Shown: positions 18,841-25,858 of the stretch, in pieces
Layout: the number at the start of each line of letters is the position of its first letter
Numbering within the stretch: position 1 is the first letter of the stretch
Assembly (NCBI GenBank): GCA_964354495.1
Contig: CAYHAA010000001.1
Coordinates: 645,010 to 677,009 of the forward strand
Source of the DNA: an uncultured archaeon
GTDB lineage: Archaea > Asgardarchaeota > Thorarchaeia > Thorarchaeales > Thorarchaeaceae
Length of the DNA stretch: 32,000 nt
Direction of reading: 5' to 3'
Notes under the pieces: model-generated
Told to the model about the DNA's origin: nothing
Databases searched by the model: none
The model's input: the letters and a program-made list of their open reading frames with translations, nothing else
Program-made: the position numbers and the translations under genes

Positions 18841-20814
18841 TCAGGACCTGATTTGATTGAGAAAACCAGTTATATCATCATCCCAAGTCCCATCAGGTAG
18901 CAATAGCCTTTGATAGAGGTTGTTAACATATCCTGCGTAAGCAGAGACTCTGTAACCCTTGATGACGACATCATGCTCACTGGCCTTTCTAGGGAGGTCA
19001 ACGAGAATATCATACGCCCTCTTCTCCGGCACCCTTGCCATGACTACACAAAGATTGCTGCTTTCAGAAACCATGGCTGTCGTGGTTGGAAGGTGCATCA
19101 ATGTGGATCTCGCAATTGAATAGAGTTGAGGAATCTCACCCCTTATTTCAAGGCAAATCGAAGCGAGTCCATAGATAGTAGGGAAGTACTGCAAGTTCGC
19201 TATCTTTGCCTGTATAAATGAAGCCAGCTTTTCTTTCAATGACTCCTTGCTCATATTTAGAATGCCATCATATTCGCTGAGCTCCAGCGACTGGTTGTAT
19301 ATTCCCCATGATATCAGATCCAGCACCCTTGCATCTTCATCTGATAGTACACTTATTTCTCCGCAGCTTGTCAGGTCAAATTGCCGGTTCATTTGCTTGA
19401 ATGTTCTTCTACCATTCAACGAACTCTGCAAGCGGACAGTGTTGTTCTTCCAAGTTTCATGTCTTGGTGAATACAATCCGTAGTTCAATCTTGACGCGCT
19501 CCAGTCAATTGAAGCAATATTCTGTCTTGTACGCATGATTCTGTCAACAGCTGTCTTTGGCATTACAAGGACCTGAATATGCGGAGGCTTCTGACCAGGA
19601 TTTCCAAGTCTGGCTGTATACTGAAGGTGCTTGTGCGGCCACCTGTGTGCTCCTCCAATGTAAACGAGTTTGGCCAATCCAAGTCTTTCATCTTGCACAT
19701 ACCCTCTCATGATGAGGTTGCTTCTAATCAGCGAAAAACGGTCAAGCCATGCTTCCTTTGATTTCTTAGCCTCTTCTCTTGATATTGGGATACCCGTGTG
19801 TACTTCTTGCCTCAGATTAAGAGAATGAGCCAGACCAATTACCCTTGCTTTGCGATCAGGAAATGTTTCTGATATCCTATACCATGTAATACTCCAAGGA
19901 TCATTTTCGGTCTCTTCTGTCCTTGGTCCAAGGTCAGACTCGGGCCCGCCTCGATTAACAAGTGCCATTATTCGTACATACTGGGGCGGTGGTGTTCCTT
20001 GTATTAGACATTGAGTGTGCCCAAACACAAGGTTGGATAGGATTGCTCCTGACGGAAAGCTTTGGTTGACTCTTGCCAGAAAGTCTAGAGGGTCTTCTGT
20101 GGGAGGCTCCAGTTTAGTTGTCCATGCAAGAAACGCTATCAATTCCTGCCTGATTCTCTCAGAGAAGACCTTTGGCACCAGCTGATTCACCGTTTCACCC
20201 ATTGTTCTCTTACGTTCGAGTTCGGGTATGTCTACACCTTCCACGAGCTTTCCCAGGCTTGACCAAGATGGTGCCGGTTTGTCCAATAGGTCCGCTAATG
20301 ACACATCTGTCAAAGCCCGTTTTTGGCTCGCGAACAGCCTATTATACAGCTCCCAATCAGATTCCTGTTGGAGGATCGAGACTTCAAAACCGTTTATTGG
20401 GTGAAATCGGACCAGATTGCCCGTGGAATTCTCTAGGACACTCAGGAGATACCGTGAGTCCTTCCTGACTTTTTGAATTGCCAGAGTTGCATCTATTCCC
20501 TCAGGCGATAGATATGTTATCCATCTGTTGGTGCTTGGGGGATAGAGATCATCTTGACCGACTGATTCTCGTCTGTGCTTCCTCTTGAATATAGATGCAG
20601 CGAACTCAACTCGATCATCAGGTGTCAATGATATTGACCGACACAGAGCTTCATCCGTTATTGAGAAATCGATGTTGCTGTCGGACAACTCCATCTCGGA
20701 ATTATCTGCATTCAGTAGCTTCGGCCCTTCTCTCGTGTAACATAGATTACTCGGAATTACTCTGCCGCTTGATAGGAATACCCTAACAGGAAGCCTCATG
20801 AGGTCTGCATCCAT
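18841..20814 (-). CDS. Large hypothetical protein (657 aa) with Lrp/AsnC-like C-terminal half; paralog of 7287-9332
   Basis: GYVQDERLGLAKLVYI, LSDEDARVLDLISW, LQYFPTIYGL and HLPTTTAMVSESSNLCVVMARVP occur in the same order as matching blocks of the 681-aa protein. Confidence 0.7.
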   Translation of the reverse strand: MDADLMRLPVRVFLSSGRVIPSNLCYTREGPKLLNADNSEMELSDSNIDFSITDEALCRSISLTPDDRVEFAASIFKRKHRRESVGQDDLYPPSTNRWITYLSPEGIDATLAIQKVRKDSRYLLSVLENSTGNLVRFHPINGFEVSILQQESDWELYNRLFASQKRALTDVSLADLLDKPAPSWSSLGKLVEGVDIPELERKRTMGETVNQLVPKVFSERIRQELIAFLAWTTKLEPPTEDPLDFLARVNQSFPSGAILSNLVFGHTQCLIQGTPPPQYVRIMALVNRGGPESDLGPRTEETENDPWSITWYRISETFPDRKARVIGLAHSLNLRQEVHTGIPISREEAKKSKEAWLDRFSLIRSNLIMRGYVQDERLGLAKLVYIGGAHRWPHKHLQYTARLGNPGQKPPHIQVLVMPKTAVDRIMRTRQNIASIDWSASRLNYGLYSPRHETWKNNTVRLQSSLNGRRTFKQMNRQFDLTSCGEISVLSDEDARVLDLISWGIYNQSLELSEYDGILNMSKESLKEKLASFIQAKIANLQYFPTIYGLASICLEIRGEIPQLYSIARSTLMHLPTTTAMVSESSNLCVVMARVPEKRAYDILVDLPRKASEHDVVIKGYRVSAYAGYVNNLYQRLLLPDGTWDDDITGFLNQIRS

Positions 20815-20932
20815 CTGTGTTCAGGGAGTATAGGTAGTGTATTTGTAGTATTTGTTCTCGTCTTGATAGTCCATATAACAATGAGAAAGATGCAATGAGA
20901 TACTTCTATACTACCTGGGAAACTGGGAATTT

Positions 20933-20977
20933 GAGGGCCTTGCGAATCCTAAACAAATCTTCGGATCCCAGGCCCTC
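20933..20977 (-). other. Stem-loop between the repeat-peptide ORF and the 657-aa gene
   Basis: GAGGGCCT (20933-20940) and AGGCCCTC (20970-20977) are perfect 8-bp arms. On the - strand the stem extends inward via GGGAUCC/GGAUUC with bulges. Confidence 0.5.
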
Positions 20978-20986
20978 TTGTTCTCT

Positions 20987-21109
20987 CTACCAGGGTTCTG
21001 GAGGTTTGTCGGTCGGTGTATTGCAGGTGACTGCGACATAGCTCCAAGGCTCTGGAGGTTTGTCTGTGGGTGTACCAGCGTATCTTTGGTAGTTGTGTTT
21101 GTTGATCAT
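20987..21109 (-). CDS. Small peptide MINKHNYQRYAGTPTDKPPEPWSYVAVTCNTPTDKPPEPW (40 aa) with a duplicated 10-aa unit; not in ORF track
   Basis: Manual translation from ATG 21109 to TAG 20989-20987. The two 30-nt copies (21044-21073, 20990-21019) differ at 4 positions, all third-codon and synonymous in this frame. Confidence 0.65.
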   Translation of the reverse strand: MINKHNYQRYAGTPTDKPPEPWSYVAVTCNTPTDKPPEPW

Positions 21110-21316
21110 TGCGTTCACGAAATTCCATGACGCACCCTACGCCTCAGATTCCTATGGAAATCATACGCACATTGAGACTCGTCTTTTGCTTCTAAACAAG
21201 TCAAAACTCACATCAATTCCTCCAGGAGATTGGTGAGTATATTAGGCAAAGGAGTGTACAGATATTTTCAGATATTTCTATCTAGAAGATGATAGCAGAT
21301 ATTCATTGATTGGATG

Positions 21317-21326
21317 AAAAAAAAAA
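21317..21326 (-). terminator. Oligo-T (T10) tract downstream of tfb, candidate archaeal terminator
   Basis: A10 on the + strand, about 150 nt past the tfb stop at 21473. Confidence 0.5.
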
Positions 21327-21472
21327 CACTGGCACTCGTTCTAGTGGGAGGATGTCCACAATTGACTTGCCAGGCTGCTTGCGTTCTCTACGAAGGAGAG
21401 AACCAATTCACCATTATAATGAACTTGAGAACAGAATGAGATGGCTGCATCTTCCTGCAGCCCTCTCTGATT

Positions 21473-22453
21473 CTATGCAGTCAGTGCCAGAGCCTCAGGC
21501 AGTATCGTCAGACGCAATTTCGCCACGAGTTCCTTGTACCTGTTGCGAATCGTGACCTCAGTGACACCACTCACTTGCGAGATATCATGTTGTGTGACCC
21601 TGCAATCATGCATGATTGCTGCCACATAGATAGCAGCTGCTGCAAGGCCTCTTGGGTCTCGACCTGTCACAAGACCGCGGACTTCCTTTGCCTTCTCGAG
21701 GATTTCCATGGTGGTGTGCTGCACCTCTGTGGGTAGATCAAGTTCTGAGATGAACCTAGGAACGTACATGGCCGGGCTCGAGATTGGCATCCTGAGCTTC
21801 AGCTTTGTCACAAGCATTCGATAGTGTGCAGAGATCTTTTTCTTCGACTCCCTTGAATGCTCGGCTATCTCTTCAATCGAACGGGGCGAGCCCCGATGCC
21901 TGCAGGCAGCATAAACAGCTGCTGCAGCGGTTGCATCAATGCTTCGGCTTCGCCAGAGTCTTCCCGCAATGAGTTTCCGATACATACGTGCTGCCTCATC
22001 TTTCAAGCTCTGCGACATACCTAGTTGCGATGATAACCGATCAATCTCAGTCATGGCCTGAGCCAAATTCCTATCAAGCGAGCTGTGTACTCGGGTTCGA
22101 ATCTGCCACTTGCGAAGCCGGTAGATCTGTGCTCTCTGTTTTGCACTGAAAGCCACTCCCTTTCCATCTCTGTCACGCCAGTCAATGGTCGTGCTTAGCC
22201 CTTTATCGTGAATCGAAGCGCTCTCGGGCGCGCCAGTCCTTGAGCGAGAGTCTTGTTCATCTGACGTGAATGCACGCCACTCAGGACCTGAGTCTATACG
22301 GTGGTCGCTGAGCACTAACCCGCACTTTGCACAGATCAATTCTCCCTTCTCATTATCCCTGACAACCTCTACTCCCCCACACTCGGGGCATGAGGCGTTC
22401 AGGGTTTCTACTTCTCCTAGTCCCTCTCTTTTATCTAATGAATTGCTTGCCAT
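21473..22453 (-). CDS. tfb: Transcription initiation factor IIB (TFB), copy 2 (326 aa)
   Basis: Zn ribbon CPECGG...CAKCG, B-reader GPEWRAF, HDKGLST, RLRKWQ, two cyclin repeats, TEVTIRNRYKEL. Confidence 0.97.
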   Translation of the reverse strand: MASNSLDKREGLGEVETLNASCPECGGVEVVRDNEKGELICAKCGLVLSDHRIDSGPEWRAFTSDEQDSRSRTGAPESASIHDKGLSTTIDWRDRDGKGVAFSAKQRAQIYRLRKWQIRTRVHSSLDRNLAQAMTEIDRLSSQLGMSQSLKDEAARMYRKLIAGRLWRSRSIDATAAAAVYAACRHRGSPRSIEEIAEHSRESKKKISAHYRMLVTKLKLRMPISSPAMYVPRFISELDLPTEVQHTTMEILEKAKEVRGLVTGRDPRGLAAAAIYVAAIMHDCRVTQHDISQVSGVTEVTIRNRYKELVAKLRLTILPEALALTA

Positions 22454-22540
22454 TCTTGCACTTTTCCCTCCAACTACCCGGATTGACCTGAGGGTCCGGG
22501 AGCCCTCGATCTTAGTTACGATTCTTCCTCTCAGTCTGTG

Positions 22541-23500
22541 TTACGGTGCCATTGTGATGCTAAGTTTCTGAACGAGTTCCTTGTATCGATTCCTCACGGT
22601 GACCTCAGTCACGCCTGCCGCCATGGCAATATCGCGCTGAGTCACACGGTGATCCGTGAGAATGCTTGCTATGTAGATGGCAGCAGCCGCTAGACCTCGT
22701 GGATCTCTCCCAGTCACGAGAGTCCTGTTTTCCTTGGCTTGTTCTAGGATTTCGATGACTTTCTGTTGCACGATACCTGGTAGATCGAGCTCTGTGACGA
22801 AGCGTGGCACATAGTTCGCCGGATCTGAGATGGGCATCTTCAGACTCAGTTTTTCCACTAGTAGTCTGTAGTGCTGTCCAATCTTCTTTCGGCTCACTCG
22901 TGAGTGTCTCGCTATCTCCTCAAGAGAACGTGGTGCATTTCTCAGTCTGCATGCGGCGTATATTGATGCTCCGACCATTGCATCGATTGATCTGCTACGA
23001 GCAAGTCGTCGAACAATCAGTTTTCTGTACAGTAGTGCAGCAAGTTCCTTGATACTCTTATTGAGTCCCAGCTGTGAGGACAGTCGGTCAAGCTCAGACA
23101 TTGCCTGGGCAAGATTTCTGTCGACCGAGCTATGAACTCTAGTTCGTATCTGCCATTTACGAAGACGATAGATCTCTGAGCGCTTCTTCGCCGAGAATCG
23201 CTTTCCCTGCGAGTCATGGTCGCGCCAGTCGATCATGGTGCTGAGACCCTTGTCGTGTATCGCGTAGTTCGTTGGGGCGCCAGCTCGTGAGCGAGCGTCC
23301 TTCTCATCGCTCGTGAAAGCTCTCCATTCAGGTCCTGAGTCTATCCGATGCTCTGAAACGACCAGACCGCACGATGCACAGATTCGTTCTCCCTTCTCAA
23401 GGTCTTGTACTGCCTCCTTACCTCCACATTCGGGGCAAGTGAAGCCAGTATCTCCTCTAGAAGACCGTTCTGGTTGTTTTCTTTCACTGCGCGATGACAT
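22541..23500 (-). CDS. tfb: Transcription initiation factor IIB (TFB), copy 1 (319 aa)
   Basis: Zn ribbon CPECGG...CASCG, GPEWRAF, HDKGLST, RLRKWQ, two cyclin repeats, TEVTVRNRYKEL. Confidence 0.97.
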   Translation of the reverse strand: MSSRSERKQPERSSRGDTGFTCPECGGKEAVQDLEKGERICASCGLVVSEHRIDSGPEWRAFTSDEKDARSRAGAPTNYAIHDKGLSTMIDWRDHDSQGKRFSAKKRSEIYRLRKWQIRTRVHSSVDRNLAQAMSELDRLSSQLGLNKSIKELAALLYRKLIVRRLARSRSIDAMVGASIYAACRLRNAPRSLEEIARHSRVSRKKIGQHYRLLVEKLSLKMPISDPANYVPRFVTELDLPGIVQQKVIEILEQAKENRTLVTGRDPRGLAAAAIYIASILTDHRVTQRDIAMAAGVTEVTVRNRYKELVQKLSITMAP

Positions 23501-23660
23501 GGTTATTCAGCTCCTCTGCTATGGGAATCGACAATTCGGTACGCATGATGTTGCCATGTAAAACAGTCGTTGCATCGAGGTGGCGTCGATGTTGTAAAGA
23601 ATTCAGTCCAATCCCCGTTCAGTGCCGTTACCTTTATATACCCTGATATACTCTGAAGTG

Positions 23661-23675
23661 CTTATAAAGCTTTCG
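23661..23675 (-). promoter_or_regulatory. BRE-TATA promoter candidate for the tfb pair
   Basis: The - strand reads CGAAAGC-TTTATAAG, matching archaeal BRE plus TATA. A second TATATAAA lies at about 23633-23640. Confidence 0.6.
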
Positions 23676-23752
23676 TTCCTTTTGTACACTAAGGATTGCT
23701 TCGGGGGCGCAGACAATACGACGCATTTTTTTTGATATAAGCGTTGCGAAAG

Positions 23753-23941
23753 GGCTGGCCGGCGGTGATACCTCTACCCCTGCAGGTTCTTTGCTGATCC
23801 TCTATTCATAGTCTTCTCGACACTGTGCAGACAGTCACCTCGTTGTCGGAGGCTGTGGTCTATACTGGCGCTGGTGGTACAATCAACAGGAACTTCCTCT
23901 CCCTTGCACTTGGCTTGCGATGCCTAGCTTGGGGGCCAACC
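23753..23941 (-). ncRNA. Weak candidate structured RNA with partial RNase P-like words
   Basis: No convincing ORF. 8-bp end pairing GGUUGGCC/GGCCAGCC, GAGGAAGUUCC at 23889-23899, possible GUUGAU/AUCAGC helix. A canonical CR-V/P4 3' strand and P2 were not found. Confidence 0.2.
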
Positions 23942-24027
23942 TGTGACGTGCTCGCCTCCTAGAACCTCGTGGACGGGCTCACGCACGGCTAGTACATGCT
24001 ACATCCTGTCAGGTCGTGGGATCTTTG

Positions 24028-25680
24028 TCATTCTCGCTGCTTCTCAATCTCACTCCATGGTTTGTTCCTGTCCATCTCAATCCTGTACCATGGCCTACCA
24101 CTGTATTTTGCAATCCACAGGATGGTTTGCCTTAGTTCATTGCTCATCTTCACCCCTGATCTTGAGGTTGTGCTTGTCTTCAGGTCGAATCCCAGCTCAG
24201 TAAGGGCAGTGCTGACTTGCTCGACACCCTCCAAGTCAGTTGTGAGCCCCATGCCTAGACTGGTCAGCACCATGTAACCATAGGCCGTCAGCCAGACCTC
24301 TCTAAGGTCTACTTCATCACCTTCTGCTCCAACTCGAACGAGGTGCATCTCTGCCTCTCGCAGATTGATAATCCGATGAGCAATCTTTGCTATCGCGCTG
24401 TGCTGACTGCTCAGCTCCTCAATCCTCAAACCTGTTGAAGTTCTCTCTTGGTCTACAGCCCGTACAATTTCCGCTAGCAGTCTCTCTTTCACCTGCTGAT
24501 GAACCATTTCGGTAGAGGCGTCCGAGGAGAAGGAGAGAAAGAGCCCCGATAGGTTGCTATCGATGAAACCATAGTCCTTCAATCCCATAGCATAGAGGAT
24601 GTCCTGCTGTACCTGGCAGTTGTTCCGATTCTTCCTTGCCACTTGATGCAAGAAATGCCATGAGTATGAATCTTTGGGTCGTTCGTATACCATATTATAA
24701 TCTCCAAGTGCCACGAACCATGGGTATGAATCTTTGGGTCGTTCGGATACCTTATCTTTCTCCAGCCAAGAGTATGGCGCTTCACTGTGGAACGGATTTC
24801 TAAACAGAGCGAGCTCTTCCAGGTTGGTGCATTGACTAAGCGGAGTTAGGTCAACAGACTGCAGGCGGTTCGCGTTCAGCCAGAGTGTTTGCAGGCTGGT
24901 GCAAGAGGCGAGAGGACGCAGGTCGATTGAATGTAGATAGTTCTCATTCAACCCGAGTTTTTGCAGGCTGGTGCAAGAGGCAAGGGGATTCAAGTCGATG
25001 TAATGTAGTCGATTTGCATGTAGCCAGAGTCTCCCAAATCTCGTGCAATAACTAAGAGGGCCCAAGTCGATACTATGGATTACATTCTCACTCAGCTCGA
25101 GTTCCCAGAAGCTTGTGCAGTAGCTGAGCGGATTCAGGTCTATTGATTGGAGATGGTTTCCATTAAGCTCGAGTTTTCGCAAGCCGGTACAGGCGCTAAG
25201 GGCTGATAGATCTATGGTCTGTAGCTGATTGTAATCCAAAGAGAGCTCCAGTAGATTAGTGCATGTTTCAAGGGCCGTCAGGTCGATGTTCTGGAGCTGA
25301 TTCTTTCCCAGACGAAGTCCCTGCAAGCCAGCGCAGGCGGCCAGAGGTGCGAGGTCGATACTCCAGAGTTGGTTGTAGTCCAAGGATACCGCACGCAGGC
25401 TGGTGCAAGTAGCAAGGGGTGATAGGTCAATAGTCTTGAGGTGGTTGCCAGATAGCCCGAGTTCTTGCAGATTAGAGCATGAGGCGAATGGGGTCAGGTC
25501 TACGGACTGAAGCTGATTCCCATGTAGCGAAACTCTCTGCAGGTTAATGCACGAAGCGAGAGGACTAAGGTCAATATCGATCATTCGCCTCAGTTCGAGA
25601 TTAATCATAGTAACATTATCCTCGAACTCAGCCAGTTCCTGAGTCCCATCCACCGTGGCAAGTGTCAGCACAATCGTCAT
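24028..25680 (-). CDS. Leucine-rich repeat protein (550 aa): 11 repeats of 24 aa plus helical C-terminal domain
   Basis: Consensus (I/V)DLxPLxxCTxLxxLxLxxNxLxx repeated 11 times with invariant Cys. No signal peptide seen. Confidence 0.93.
   Translation of the reverse strand: MTIVLTLATVDGTQELAEFEDNVTMINLELRRMIDIDLSPLASCINLQRVSLHGNQLQSVDLTPFASCSNLQELGLSGNHLKTIDLSPLATCTSLRAVSLDYNQLWSIDLAPLAACAGLQGLRLGKNQLQNIDLTALETCTNLLELSLDYNQLQTIDLSALSACTGLRKLELNGNHLQSIDLNPLSYCTSFWELELSENVIHSIDLGPLSYCTRFGRLWLHANRLHYIDLNPLASCTSLQKLGLNENYLHSIDLRPLASCTSLQTLWLNANRLQSVDLTPLSQCTNLEELALFRNPFHSEAPYSWLEKDKVSERPKDSYPWFVALGDYNMVYERPKDSYSWHFLHQVARKNRNNCQVQQDILYAMGLKDYGFIDSNLSGLFLSFSSDASTEMVHQQVKERLLAEIVRAVDQERTSTGLRIEELSSQHSAIAKIAHRIINLREAEMHLVRVGAEGDEVDLREVWLTAYGYMVLTSLGMGLTTDLEGVEQVSTALTELGFDLKTSTTSRSGVKMSNELRQTILWIAKYSGRPWYRIEMDRNKPWSEIEKQRE
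24658..24751. repeat. 34-nt near-perfect direct repeat pair, period 60 nt, inside the LRR gene
   Basis: CCATG(A/G)GTATGAATCTTTGGGTCGTTCG(T/G)ATACC at 24658-24691 and 24718-24751. Encodes VSERPKDSYPW and VYERPKDSYSW. Confidence 0.85.
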
Positions 25681-25858
25681 GACGCCCGTTCCCTCATCTC
25701 ACGATTCTTGTCGAAACAATCAGAAAAGCATTGTGTGGAGAGTCAGACTCGACTTTCATTAGCCTCCTTAAGCGTGTTGTGTCGGAAAATCCTGGGATGA
25801 AGACACTTAATAGCCCCTTCAGCCCCCACTTTCCGGTGCAATAGATGGAGGAGGTCGT

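Noticed and set aside
20949-21128. Alternative 59-aa frame over the peptide repeat (MEFRERNDQQ...)
   Set aside because: Two of the four repeat differences are non-synonymous here versus none in the 40-aa frame. Disfavoured but not excluded, because it has an SD-like AGGGTG.
23750-23945. SRP RNA on the + strand (GGGCUGGCCGG start, CCCCUGCAG)
   Set aside because: No helix-8 CCAGG-GNRA-AGCA motif and the region is too short for an archaeal SRP RNA.
24658-24751. Possible mini-CRISPR (34-nt repeats, 26-nt spacer)
   Set aside because: Only two copies, in frame inside a coding gene, not palindromic, and no cas genes or leader.
24028-25680. LRR gene as a diversity-generating retroelement target
   Set aside because: No reverse transcriptase in the window and no template/variable repeat pair differing specifically at adenines.
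25694-25759. 21-aa ORF behind AAGGAGG upstream of the LRR gene
   Set aside because: No coupling to the LRR start, no distinctive composition, and too short to support.
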